From: an uncultured virus (IMG/VR IMGVR_UViG_3300047157_000146)
Lineage: Duplodnaviria; Heunggongvirae; Uroviricota; Caudoviricetes
IMG/VR virus record: IMGVR_UViG_3300047157_000146
DNA length: 64,000 bases
Reading direction: 5' to 3' (one strand)
The notes below the pieces were generated by a model. The model ran no database searches. It was not told where the DNA came from and saw only the letters and a list, made by a program, of their open reading frames with translations. The translations under genes were made by a program, and so were the position numbers. Below are positions 17,399 to 27,247 of the stretch, piece after piece; the stretch's first letter is position 1, and each line of letters opens with the position of its first letter.

Positions 17399-19362
17399 TT
17401 TCTTTGCTTCTTTTGAAAGTGGACCTTACCGAATCTGAAAAAGAGAGATTTGAGAAACTAGTAAAAGAGGGCTTAAAAGCGGCTAAGGCTCTCTCTAAGA
17501 ATTTTAAGTTTAAAACTAAAGAAGTTAAGAAACCATATTCACATTCTGTATTGGTCAAACCTAATGACTATGCAAAGCAAGAAGATATTCTTGTGAATGA
17601 TTTGAGAGATACTCTTATTGAAAATAATTTGGATTTGGATTTGGATGATGTATATTTTGATGGACAAGGTAATTTGGATTTGAATAGGGCATATTTTAAT
17701 GCGTTAAATGAGGTTGAAGATACTGATGCTGAAATTTCTTTTCTACTTAGAAAATATACTAAGACTCTAGATGAGGAAGGTAAGAAAGAAGCCAAGATGC
17801 TATTTACACAAAAGGATGGAATAGAAGATTTGAGTAAGGACTTGAAAACACAAGTAGGGGAACTCAATAAGGTAGTAAAGAAAAATCTTGAGATAAGAGT
17901 TGCCGCTTACATCAAACTAATGAAAGAAGAATTAGCCGCCGTTAAAGTAAAAACTAAGGATGAAATTGCCAATCCTTTCTCCGAAAAAGAAGTTGCTAAA
18001 CCGATGAAAAAAGACTCTATTCTAAACTATTACTACAAGAATAAAAAAGAAAATATAGAAGATACATTAGAAACTATAAAGAAACTAATTAGCAAGATTA
18101 AAGTTACTAAAAAAACAGAAAACATTTCCGATAAAGAAATAGCAGATATTGGAATGAAAGAAACCCTATTAAAAAATCTTAGAGATATTTATGACTATCT
18201 TAGTAGGTCTAGAGAGATTAGACCTGTAGGTACTACTAAAGTAGGCGAAAAGGAAGTATCAAATAAAGATACTAATTTAGAAAGACACAAGTTTGATTTA
18301 AACAGATTGTCTAATAACTTATCTAAAACTGTAGTGCAGTTTGACGGAGAAGAAACATTGCTAGATGAAATTAATAAACTAAAGGTGTTGTTAGGCAACC
18401 CTAAAGAATTCTTTGAAAAGGAATTAAAGGTGAAGAAAATGACTTTATCCACCACTACAAAAATAGCCGAGGCTATCAAATATAAAGGAAGTTTGGCAAA
18501 ATATATTAGAGAAACTTTATTAGAACAAGATGAAAACGCTACAAGAAACAGAAATACCAATATTGGAAAACAAATGGAAAAAATATTTGGTAGAGAAGTT
18601 AGAAAAATGCCTAGTAGAATTCGTTTATTTGAGGAAGTAAAGGAAAATTCTAGAAATATTACAAAGAAGGATGTTAAAAACAGTAGGTTTGTAGATTTTC
18701 AATCGAAAAGTAAGGCAATTGAAATTGGGCTTGATTCTACCGAAAAATACAATGAAATGTTTTCTGGGTATAGTGAATTGATAAAAAATGGAAAGGCGAT
18801 TAATGAAGAACTGAATAAGTATGTAGATAAAAGGAGTTTATTTGATTACTTCTTAGACTATGTGGCTTCAAAGGGTTCAAAAGGATATTCTAAATCTAAA
18901 CAAAAAAGAATAAAACAGATAAATAAATTAACTGATGAATTAAAAATAGACAGTTTGAAAAAAATCGCTAAGTTGAAAAAAGAAAGTCCTTTGTTTAAAA
19001 AATATGGAGTGGACAAATTACAAAATCGACTGCTTTCCGATTATGATGCAATAGAAGAGGCCATTGATGAAATGCAAACTAGGGGTATTACTAGTGTAGA
19101 AAGCATGGAAAGGATGGGTGTAGATTTTACTAGTCCGGAAGATATTGTTGATTACTTTATTGGAAAAATTGATTCTACTTATTTCCCAAGAATCCGCCCT
19201 ACCTTTTATCCAATGTCCGAGGGACAAAATAAAAGAATAACTATTTTGATAACTAGAAATATATTAAAAATCATGACAAAGTTAGGAGTAGAGAGCAACT
19301 TTTCCGAAGAAGAAAGAGCAACAATTCTACAAAGATTAGCACAAAATGAGGAGGAAGAATAA
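17392..19362 (+). CDS. Large Lys/Glu-rich coiled-coil hypothetical protein (656 aa)
   Basis: Long ORF in head module. Confidence 0.55.
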   Translation: MVISLLLLKVDLTESEKERFEKLVKEGLKAAKALSKNFKFKTKEVKKPYSHSVLVKPNDYAKQEDILVNDLRDTLIENNLDLDLDDVYFDGQGNLDLNRAYFNALNEVEDTDAEISFLLRKYTKTLDEEGKKEAKMLFTQKDGIEDLSKDLKTQVGELNKVVKKNLEIRVAAYIKLMKEELAAVKVKTKDEIANPFSEKEVAKPMKKDSILNYYYKNKKENIEDTLETIKKLISKIKVTKKTENISDKEIADIGMKETLLKNLRDIYDYLSRSREIRPVGTTKVGEKEVSNKDTNLERHKFDLNRLSNNLSKTVVQFDGEETLLDEINKLKVLLGNPKEFFEKELKVKKMTLSTTTKIAEAIKYKGSLAKYIRETLLEQDENATRNRNTNIGKQMEKIFGREVRKMPSRIRLFEEVKENSRNITKKDVKNSRFVDFQSKSKAIEIGLDSTEKYNEMFSGYSELIKNGKAINEELNKYVDKRSLFDYFLDYVASKGSKGYSKSKQKRIKQINKLTDELKIDSLKKIAKLKKESPLFKKYGVDKLQNRLLSDYDAIEEAIDEMQTRGITSVESMERMGVDFTSPEDIVDYFIGKIDSTYFPRIRPTFYPMSEGQNKRITILITRNILKIMTKLGVESNFSEEERATILQRLAQNEEEE

Positions 19363-19715
19363 TGTGGGAAAGAATACTAAAACAACCTGATATGATAGAA
19401 AAAGAAAACAGTCCAATTTTGGACTCACTAGATGAAAAGAAGAGAAAGCGATTGAAGAAGACTCTACAATCAGCAGAACCAACCGAATACTTTGGCCAAG
19501 ATTTCACTCGAATGGGTGAACTTATTGACATGCTAAGAGAATTAGATTTGGTCAAATCCGATGATAAGATGAAAAAGAAGTTCGACGGTATTGACGAAAG
19601 GAACATTGATATGGTGGCCCTATCTAGCAAACTTCGTAAGGAGTACGAAGTCTTGTATCGCCAACTACGAGAAGTCGTATATCCAAAGAGAAAGGGGGAC
19701 TTGAGAGATGAGTGA
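19362..19715 (+). CDS. Hypothetical with MWERILK leader
   Basis: GAGGAGG RBS; leader variant. Confidence 0.65.
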   Translation: MWERILKQPDMIEKENSPILDSLDEKKRKRLKKTLQSAEPTEYFGQDFTRMGELIDMLRELDLVKSDDKMKKKFDGIDERNIDMVALSSKLRKEYEVLYRQLREVVYPKRKGDLRDE

Positions 19716-19935
19716 AAATAATGAAGACATGCTGATTATTCTAAAGGAATTAGTTGGTAGAATTAAGACTCTAGAACAAGCGGTCTATAACAAAGATAAC
19801 TTACTTATGAAGTCGGGACTTGTCGTTGTTAATGGCCCTACTCCATCTATGTCAAACCAATCTGTGCCGGATGCTGATGCTATCCATAAGATGAGTTGGA
19901 ATGATATTGAAAAGTTCGTAAATGGGAGGAACTGA
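19708..19935 (+). CDS. Small coiled-coil protein ending MSWNDIEK (scaffold-like C-terminus)
   Basis: C-terminus parallels that of the protease/scaffold. Confidence 0.6.
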   Translation: MSENNEDMLIILKELVGRIKTLEQAVYNKDNLLMKSGLVVVNGPTPSMSNQSVPDADAIHKMSWNDIEKFVNGRN

Positions 19936-19936
19936 T

Positions 19937-20170
19937 ATGCCGGAAAAAATGACAGAAGAGGAAGCACAAATTAGTCGAGCAATTAGATTGGTCCGTAAAG
20001 CAAAGGAAATTCTTCAAGAAGAAGATAAGAACAGAATGCCTTACGATTCGGAAGAAGATAAAGAAGCGAAAGTGAAGAAACCCAAGGCAGAAAAAGACGA
20101 TACTAAGATTGAGAACAACACAGGTACTCATTCCGGATATGGTCTTGCTGGAGATACTAACGACGCTTGA
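19937..20170 (+). CDS. Small charged hypothetical protein
   Basis: GGAGGA RBS before ATG 19937. Confidence 0.5.
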   Translation: MPEKMTEEEAQISRAIRLVRKAKEILQEEDKNRMPYDSEEDKEAKVKKPKAEKDDTKIENNTGTHSGYGLAGDTNDA

Positions 20171-22665
20171 GTGATTCGATGGCGACCACTGGACTAATGT
20201 TCGAGAAGGATAAGGCTCCCTTATCTAATGAGATTTTATCTCTCTTCGAGGAAACTAGAGTCGCTTATTTATCTGCAAGAAGTGACCCCAAAGAGTATGG
20301 GGGTCGCTGGAGAAATATACTTGAGAAGATTAAAGAATCGTATGATAGTCTTAGTCCTCTTGGTAAAGAACTCAAGGAATATTTAGATGAGCGTCACCTT
20401 GAATCCGATGATGCAGGTAGTCCTACAAGTGGCTCTGCTAAAATTATCTATGATTCTGTTAAGCAAATGCGATTCGACTCCGAGAATGTCAACGACCCAT
20501 TCTCTAAGAAAATGAAAGGGAATGTACTAGAATCTCTACTATCAAATGTAGATGTTTTTATGAAGTTCATTCACTATGCGATTAGAAGCGGTGATGATGC
20601 ACTATCTTCTAAACTCTATAATGAATTAGAATATCAAGGTGATGAAATAACTGATGGTTTGGAAGGACTAGATTTAGCATTAGATGATGTTCCTCTATTT
20701 GTCATTGAACACTACGGCGACGATAAAGATAGTAAGAAGGTTAATTCTAAATTCAAGAGTGCGCTAAAAGAACTCAAGAAAGTATTTTTAGCCGGACACT
20801 CCGAAGAAGACTGGAGTAAATTAGTTGGAGTAGAATTAAAGAAGGCAGAAAAGTCCGAGGAAGAGAAGGCTATCTCTAACTTCTTAACTCCTAACAAACC
20901 AATGTACCGCATCTTCGATATTGAAGATATGAATGAATTGATGGGATTCTCCGGAGATTATGTCGTACAAGAAAAGTACGATGGAATGAGAATACAAATT
21001 CATAAGATTGATGATAAGGTTGAAATCTTTTCATTTAACGGCAAGGACATTACTGAAAAATGTACTGAACAAGTAGCAGAAATGAAAAAGAAATCTTATG
21101 GTGACTGTATTCTAGATGCAGAACTAATTCTATTCGATGGCGATAAAGCCCTACATAGAGCAGATACAGTTGCTCATGTATTCAAGAATAAATATCCCGA
21201 AGCAAAACTAAGAGCGCATGTTTTCGACATAATGCGACATGAAGAAAAGAACTTGATGGATGATGAATTACAGATTAGAATTAACATTCTATTCAATAAT
21301 TACTCGGCCAAGTCTTCCGATGCCATTGCATTCCCCTCTAAGAAAGATACTAGAATTGCAGATTCTTTGAAAGATATAGAAGAATATGCCAAGGAAATAA
21401 TGGAGATGCCTACTGCCGAGGGAGTAGTCATTAAAGACCTAACTTCTACTTATTTCGTAGGAACTAAGAAAAATCCAAAGTGGGTTAAGTGGAAGAAATT
21501 TGTAGATTTAGATATGCTAGTTCTAGATAAGAAGTCTACTAAGTCCGGCCTATTCTCTTATTCATTAGGGGCTGGTCCCGTTCTAGAAGAAGGAAAGCAT
21601 ATAGTAGAAATGGATAACAAACTATACATGAATGTAGGTAAGGCACTAAATACCAAGATAGATGTTAAGGTTGGAGAAATTATTAGAGTCAAGGTAGATG
21701 AGGTAAAGGAGTCGGATGGTAGATTTACTCTATATTCTGCCAAAGTAATCGAAGTTCCGGAAGCCGCTACTCCCGATAAGATTGTGACTTTAGAATTATT
21801 ATCCAAGGATACTAAACCTTCTTTGAAGTACAAAGTGGAAGCACTAAAAAAAGGAATAACAATTACTGATAACATACATGGTAGTGCTACTTTAATTGCT
21901 AAGAGCATGGATGGATTTACAATTTACGGATTTAATGAAAATAATCTAATGTCGAAGAATGCTATTGCAGACTTAGATATGTGGAAACAAGAAGCGGAGA
22001 TGGCTCTAAAAACTATTCAAGGAGAATTAAGAGCGGCTATTAAGCAGTTTGTAAAAGAAAAAGGCAAACCACAAACTATAGGAGATTTGCACAATTTTTT
22101 GGCTGGTAATCACGCAGGAGATTATGAATCCGTTTTAGAAAGCGACAAGAATAGACTTGGTTCTTGGGTACAAGCCTCGAATGCAATGTCATACAGTAAT
22201 GGTAAAATTTTTGTTGACGGTAATGAAATTCAAAAGGAGTCGGAAAAAGCAGAATTTAAAGTCTATTCTAGAAAGGATGGAAACTTAGACTTTATTGTAA
22301 ATTACAAAGGAGAGAACCTGTCTTGGTATATTGACCTAGACTCCGATGATGATATATTCTCCTTGTTTGGTAAGGCTACTAAGTTCCCTGCTCAAATCTC
22401 TACAAATGTTTCAAAGGAAAAACTAATTGACCTTGGAGATGTAGAAATGGGAGTACAAAGACATGGATACCATGAATATATTCTAAATGGAAATAAGTTT
22501 GAAACTAAGATTCACTTTAGAGTAGTCCCTGTGGAAGGTAAAGATATGTGGTTAGCGTGGACTGGATATGAGCAGAAACCGGTAGATAAGGATACTGACG
22601 AAGGTATTTGGAATATTTATGAAGATAAGTTCAAAGACTTAAAATACACTAAACAACCGAACTAG
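20167..22665 (+). CDS. lig: ATP-dependent DNA ligase with long N- and C-terminal extensions
   Basis: Motif I EKYDGMR, III LDAELI, IIIa VFDIM, IV EGVVIK, V WVKWKK, followed by OB-fold. Confidence 0.9.
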   Translation: MSDSMATTGLMFEKDKAPLSNEILSLFEETRVAYLSARSDPKEYGGRWRNILEKIKESYDSLSPLGKELKEYLDERHLESDDAGSPTSGSAKIIYDSVKQMRFDSENVNDPFSKKMKGNVLESLLSNVDVFMKFIHYAIRSGDDALSSKLYNELEYQGDEITDGLEGLDLALDDVPLFVIEHYGDDKDSKKVNSKFKSALKELKKVFLAGHSEEDWSKLVGVELKKAEKSEEEKAISNFLTPNKPMYRIFDIEDMNELMGFSGDYVVQEKYDGMRIQIHKIDDKVEIFSFNGKDITEKCTEQVAEMKKKSYGDCILDAELILFDGDKALHRADTVAHVFKNKYPEAKLRAHVFDIMRHEEKNLMDDELQIRINILFNNYSAKSSDAIAFPSKKDTRIADSLKDIEEYAKEIMEMPTAEGVVIKDLTSTYFVGTKKNPKWVKWKKFVDLDMLVLDKKSTKSGLFSYSLGAGPVLEEGKHIVEMDNKLYMNVGKALNTKIDVKVGEIIRVKVDEVKESDGRFTLYSAKVIEVPEAATPDKIVTLELLSKDTKPSLKYKVEALKKGITITDNIHGSATLIAKSMDGFTIYGFNENNLMSKNAIADLDMWKQEAEMALKTIQGELRAAIKQFVKEKGKPQTIGDLHNFLAGNHAGDYESVLESDKNRLGSWVQASNAMSYSNGKIFVDGNEIQKESEKAEFKVYSRKDGNLDFIVNYKGENLSWYIDLDSDDDIFSLFGKATKFPAQISTNVSKEKLIDLGDVEMGVQRHGYHEYILNGNKFETKIHFRVVPVEGKDMWLAWTGYEQKPVDKDTDEGIWNIYEDKFKDLKYTKQPN

Positions 22666-22673
22666 TTAAATAG
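22666..22673 (+). promoter_or_regulatory. Putative TATA box (TTAAATAG) upstream of prohead protease
   Basis: Identical to 15488 octamer; 37 nt upstream of ATG 22703. Confidence 0.45.
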
Positions 22674-22702
22674 TGTATTTGGTACAAGACGGCTTGAGCA
22701 TC

Positions 22703-23881
22703 ATGTCTACGATTATGTCTGCAATGGAGGAGAATGACTTCTCCATCTTGAAGGCATCGAATGATGATTTAATGATTGGCGGCTATGCTTCTATCGAAAT
22801 GGTAGATAAGCAAAATGATTTAATCACTCTCAAAGCCTTAAATGAGGCAGTTAAAAAATTCATGGAACACAATAAGTTCCGCAATGTTATGACTAATCAC
22901 TCCAATGTTCAAGTTGGAGAAGTAGTTGAATCTCATAGAGATAGTAATGGAAAACTATGGAAGACCCAAGTAGATGATGTTGGGTTCTTCGTAGTAATTA
23001 AATTAAGAGATGATATTGAAAAAGCAAAGGAAATAAACCGAGGAATTCGCAAAGGGTCATTGAGGTCTTTTAGCATAGGTGGACAAGCACTACAAAAAGT
23101 GAAGAAACACCACGATGAATTAGGGGAGTATAGTGAGATAAGCAAACTAGAACTCCACGAAGTCACAATATGCGAAAAGGGAATCAACCCCGAAGCGAGG
23201 TTCGACATATTAAAGGAGGACAAAAAAATGAACAAACTAGAAAAAGCATTGGCTGAACTTGACACTCTACTTGAGGAAGTCAATACGCTACGAAAAGAAG
23301 AAGAAGAACCGTCAATGGAGCGAGGCGCACCTCACCCATTGGACGAGAAGATGGAAGAAATGATGGATACTGAGGAAGAGTCTATGGAATACATGGATGA
23401 TGAAAAGAAGGCCACTACTCTTGACGGAAACGACGACACTAACCTTGGTGGAGCAGGTGAACCTATGGAACAAGCCGGGGCACAAGCAAAGAAGGAAGGA
23501 ATGGTTTCTAAGCACTTTGCTAACGACGAGTTTAGAACTCTTAACCTAAGCGTTCCAAACATTGAGAAGGCTTACGAGCAATACCGAGCAGAACAACTTG
23601 AGAAGATGGGACTCGAAACTCTCGAAGAAACCTTCGCTAAGAGATTCGCTTCGGAAGAAACTAACCGAGCAGACATGGTTGCTAAGGCAGAATACGATGC
23701 ACAATCCGAAATCGCACGACTTAACGCAGAGTTCTCCGAACTCCGTAAGTCACTTACAGAAGAAAAGAACACAATTCGCAAGGCTACAGAAGCCGCAACA
23801 ACAACTAAGGTTTTCTCAACAGAAGAGATTGCTGACATGAGTTGGAGCGATATTCATAAGGCCGTTGGCGGAAACATTTGA
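22703..23881 (+). CDS. Prohead protease (HK97-type) fused to C-terminal scaffold
   Basis: IGGYAS, VDKQND, MTNH (His), RSFSIGG (Ser), LHEVTI...NPEA; acidic coiled-coil C-half; directly upstream of MCP. Confidence 0.9.
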   Translation: MSTIMSAMEENDFSILKASNDDLMIGGYASIEMVDKQNDLITLKALNEAVKKFMEHNKFRNVMTNHSNVQVGEVVESHRDSNGKLWKTQVDDVGFFVVIKLRDDIEKAKEINRGIRKGSLRSFSIGGQALQKVKKHHDELGEYSEISKLELHEVTICEKGINPEARFDILKEDKKMNKLEKALAELDTLLEEVNTLRKEEEEPSMERGAPHPLDEKMEEMMDTEEESMEYMDDEKKATTLDGNDDTNLGGAGEPMEQAGAQAKKEGMVSKHFANDEFRTLNLSVPNIEKAYEQYRAEQLEKMGLETLEETFAKRFASEETNRADMVAKAEYDAQSEIARLNAEFSELRKSLTEEKNTIRKATEAATTTKVFSTEEIADMSWSDIHKAVGGNI

Positions 23882-23891
23882 GGTGAATTAA

Positions 23892-25241
23892 ATGGGATAC
23901 ATTAACACAATAAGAGATTTAGAAGCGGCGACATACGGACTACCTGCCTTTGGCGGAAACTCCGTATTGAAACAAGCAGGTGCAGTTCAAGGACTACACA
24001 CTGCACACGACATTGCAGATGCTGGAGCAAGCGGCCTAACCGGTATTGGAACCACAACTGGTTTCTACAACCAACTTTACGGACAGAAAGTTTGGTCAAT
24101 GCTAAACCGAGAAGTAAATGCTCTCGCTATGCTAGCAAAGCGACCTTATACTTCATCCGGTTGGAGAATTCTTAAGAGCCGACCGTTTGGTGGTTCGGAC
24201 TCTAAACTTGCAGTTGATATTACTGGCGATACTACTGGCAGTGGAGTTGTTGGAATTGGTGGCTCTGCGCCACACGCTGACCAAATTGGTGGTGTTCCAG
24301 AAAACGCAGGACTTTCTACTGCGGCTGACGGACTTGGCTCTATGGCCCCAACTTACGCTCAACTCTTTATGAGTCCTAAGACCATTGCACATCAGTTCGA
24401 TATTTCCGAACTCGCAATGGAAATGGCTCAAATTGATGATGGACTCGGTGATATTCGGGCTATTATCCGTGAAGACATGGGTAAGGCACACGCAGAAGCA
24501 CAAAACAAGATGCTCCTTATGCCTCTTGGTGCTTACGGTGAAACTTCGGCTCTAGCAAACATTGAGCGAAACTACACTTCTTTGATGAAGGTTGTTTCAA
24601 GCCGAGCAGAACTTCTTGCTGGTGATTCTACTGTTCTTTGGACTGATGCGGCTAGCGCAACAAACAACCTTGGTAAAATCTTCGGTGATGAGCGACACAG
24701 TGCCGCCTCATTCCTTGATGCAGAAGTTGACTTTAACAGTTCTTACGCCGCATCTTCGGTTCGACCACTAACTCTTACTTTGCTTAACAACATGATTCGC
24801 AACTTGAGAATTGCTGGCGGTTCTCCAAAGGTTATCTTGACTGGATACGATACTATCCAAGCAATTGCAGATTTGCTACAATCTCAAGAGAGATTCATGG
24901 ACCGTAAGGAAATTATTCCTACTCATAACGGTGTTCGTGGTATTAAGGGTGCAGAAGTTGGTTTCCGTGTGGCAACCTACTACGACATTCCATTGATTCC
25001 TGTTAAGGACATGGCATCGACACTCAATGCTTCCGATAGTGGAATTAGCGACTTGTTGTTCTTGGACACTGACCATCTATGGCTCTCTGTTCTTAAGCCG
25101 ACTCAATACTTTGAAGACGGTGTTTCTAACGGAAACCCATTCGGTGTGGGACGACTCGGCAACCAAGCACTTTACCGAACCATTGGTGAAGTTGGTTGTT
25201 CGTTCTTTAAGGGACAAGGCAAGATTACCAATGTGGCTTGA
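23892..25241 (+). CDS. Major capsid protein (HK97 fold)
   Basis: 449 aa after protease; PKTIAHQFDISE, YDIPLIP, LLFLDTDHL, GKITN pattern; biased high-expression codons. Confidence 0.85.
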   Translation: MGYINTIRDLEAATYGLPAFGGNSVLKQAGAVQGLHTAHDIADAGASGLTGIGTTTGFYNQLYGQKVWSMLNREVNALAMLAKRPYTSSGWRILKSRPFGGSDSKLAVDITGDTTGSGVVGIGGSAPHADQIGGVPENAGLSTAADGLGSMAPTYAQLFMSPKTIAHQFDISELAMEMAQIDDGLGDIRAIIREDMGKAHAEAQNKMLLMPLGAYGETSALANIERNYTSLMKVVSSRAELLAGDSTVLWTDAASATNNLGKIFGDERHSAASFLDAEVDFNSSYAASSVRPLTLTLLNNMIRNLRIAGGSPKVILTGYDTIQAIADLLQSQERFMDRKEIIPTHNGVRGIKGAEVGFRVATYYDIPLIPVKDMASTLNASDSGISDLLFLDTDHLWLSVLKPTQYFEDGVSNGNPFGVGRLGNQALYRTIGEVGCSFFKGQGKITNVA

Positions 25242-25250
25242 GGTGGTAAA

Positions 25251-25844
25251 GTGACAAATACTGTTACTTTAATCGCTGACCATAAAGGTATAGCAAAGCC
25301 ATTCGTTGTGGGACACCAATATGTTTCACTAGCGAGTGTTGCTGTTTCGTCTTACCGAACAGGTTCCCCTGCTACTGCCGCTAGTCAAACAATTACTGCG
25401 GCTGATGCTGACCCTGACACGCTAACAAGAGGTGCTGGTAGTTATCTTACTGACGGCTTTGCCGCAGGTGACTATGTGACTATTCTCGGCTCTGCGTCGG
25501 GAAACAACTCACAAGTCTTTGAGATTGGTTCGCTAAGTGCAACTGTTCTAACTGCATCGGGACCAACTGCTCTTTCCGCTAACTCCGGCGACGCAGATGA
25601 ACAAGTTCTCCATGTTGGTGAAAAACTATTGGCGGCTGACTTTGGTTTGGCATCCTTTACACAAGTTGAGGTTTCTAACCCATCTTTGTTGGATGCTAAC
25701 TGGATTGTTGGTGACATTAGTTCGGACGGTACATACTGCTACCTTTACTGCTTTACTCTTGGCTCGGCGGCTAACACTGCCGGAGTTAAGGCTCTAGCAG
25801 ACGACTTGGGAACTCTACGAGTTCGTGCAACAGGACTTCTTTGA
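25251..25844 (+). CDS. Putative capsid decoration/structural protein
   Basis: Ala/Ser/Thr-rich beta protein directly after MCP. Confidence 0.45.
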   Translation: MTNTVTLIADHKGIAKPFVVGHQYVSLASVAVSSYRTGSPATAASQTITAADADPDTLTRGAGSYLTDGFAAGDYVTILGSASGNNSQVFEIGSLSATVLTASGPTALSANSGDADEQVLHVGEKLLAADFGLASFTQVEVSNPSLLDANWIVGDISSDGTYCYLYCFTLGSAANTAGVKALADDLGTLRVRATGLL

Positions 25845-25853
25845 GGTGTTTGT

Positions 25854-26246
25854 TTGGCAACCATCCGTTTAAGCGAGTCTTGTAAGGTTCCAACCTTGCG
25901 ACTACGAAACGGAGTAGAGGGTTTTATGGAAGTAACGAAGGTCGAAGACATTAAAATCTCGGCCTTCGTTGCTTCACATTACATCGGTGGTAAGAACTGT
26001 ATAGTTAAATTTACTTCCGAGGATAGAGAGGATATCGAAAAATTACCTAGCCGTGAAAAGGCAATTCTTTCCAAGTACCTTAGACTCCCCGAAGAAGCAT
26101 TAGTTAATGCTCTAGCCCCACTACCTCCTAAGAAAACAGTTCCGGAGAAGTTGAAGGCTACTGCAAAGAAGGCTACTACAAAGAAGTCAACTTCTAAGAA
26201 AACTACTTCCAAGAAAGAAGTTCCTAAGATTACCAAAGACGAGTGA
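25854..26246 (+). CDS. Hypothetical with Lys/Thr/Ala-rich basic tail
   Basis: ORF; KATAKKATTKKSTSKK tail. Confidence 0.5.
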   Translation: MATIRLSESCKVPTLRLRNGVEGFMEVTKVEDIKISAFVASHYIGGKNCIVKFTSEDREDIEKLPSREKAILSKYLRLPEEALVNALAPLPPKKTVPEKLKATAKKATTKKSTSKKTTSKKEVPKITKDE

Positions 26247-26299
26247 TTGCACAACCTTCATTAAGAGGGGCTAATTACCAACATCTAAGAAGTGATGTT

Positions 26300-26599
26300 A
26301 TGGCAGATACATGCAGAAGCAGTGGAGTCCTTGGGGCAAGCGCAATAATTTCTAAGACGCAATGCAGATTGAAAAGCATTCACGCTAATATTGTTATTGC
26401 TGGTAATGCGGCAGTGACCATTAAAGTGTTTGATGGACAGGACAATACCGGTACGGAAATTGCTAGAATCCACAATACGACTACAGGACAATACAATCTA
26501 GAATATGATATGCACGGTGTGTTATGCACTAGCGGTATATTCTTGGAAATAGCAGAAGCCGGCTCTTCCACTGCACATATTTCAGTGGAATTTAATTGA
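26300..26599 (+). CDS. Small beta-rich putative virion protein
   Basis: ATG 26300; TTAAGAG 39 nt upstream. Confidence 0.5.
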   Translation: MADTCRSSGVLGASAIISKTQCRLKSIHANIVIAGNAAVTIKVFDGQDNTGTEIARIHNTTTGQYNLEYDMHGVLCTSGIFLEIAEAGSSTAHISVEFN

Positions 26600-26608
26600 G
26601 GTGGTTAA

Positions 26609-27007
26609 TTGCCAGCATTGAATCACGACACTCGATTGATTATGACTATCCTATTCGTAGGTACAGTTAGTGGAGCGAATGTTTTCTTCTACGCTAAATT
26701 CGGTTTGAACTTCCCATATACCATTCTAATGCACGGTGTATTGTTTGGGTTGATTACAGTAGGAGCCGTTATGGTAATGAAAGCACTATTCGATTTGGCT
26801 CTTAATGATAAAATTGAGATGTGGCTTTTGGACCGAAGAATTACTGCTTATTGGCAAAGAATTGCTAAGGATGAGCAACAAAGAAAGAAGATGCAAGACT
26901 CTTTGAAGACATTTCAAAGCGAAAATCAAACTACTAGAATACCCCAAATTGCTCCGCAATATGAAACTGAGGGAGTTTCAGCCGATTTCTTAGCCACCCT
27001 ACAATGA
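26609..27007 (+). CDS. Membrane protein (2 predicted TM helices plus coiled coil)
   Basis: Two hydrophobic segments at N-terminus. Confidence 0.6.
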   Translation: MPALNHDTRLIMTILFVGTVSGANVFFYAKFGLNFPYTILMHGVLFGLITVGAVMVMKALFDLALNDKIEMWLLDRRITAYWQRIAKDEQQRKKMQDSLKTFQSENQTTRIPQIAPQYETEGVSADFLATLQ

Positions 27008-27016
27008 GGTGGTTAA

Positions 27017-27247
27017 ATGGTTCTTGGCGACATAATGGGTTTTAGTGACTCCGACTACGCTTATAATCAACAAAGAGCACATTCTGCTGACTTATTTTTT
27101 ATCAAAATGAGAGCATGGTTTTGGGGCGGTTGCTCCACACTATTTTTCTTTCTAGTTGGTAATATTCTAGGAGTCGTTTTAGATATTAGCGTAATGGGCT
27201 GGATTGTAGATAAGACTTTAGGGTTTTGGAATTATCTATGGCATTGA
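27017..27247 (+). CDS. Small membrane protein
   Basis: Hydrophobic TLFFFLVGNILGVVL segment. Confidence 0.55.
   Translation: MVLGDIMGFSDSDYAYNQQRAHSADLFFIKMRAWFWGGCSTLFFFLVGNILGVVLDISVMGWIVDKTLGFWNYLWH

Noticed and set aside
22663..22703. Stop-codon readthrough fusing ligase to prohead protease
   Set aside because: The ORFs are in different frames and a TATA-like element lies between them
26597..27016. TGAGGTGGTTAA repeated at two gene junctions as a cassette boundary
   Set aside because: Mostly stop codon plus consensus RBS (GAGGTG), similar to other late-gene junctions; explainable by convergence
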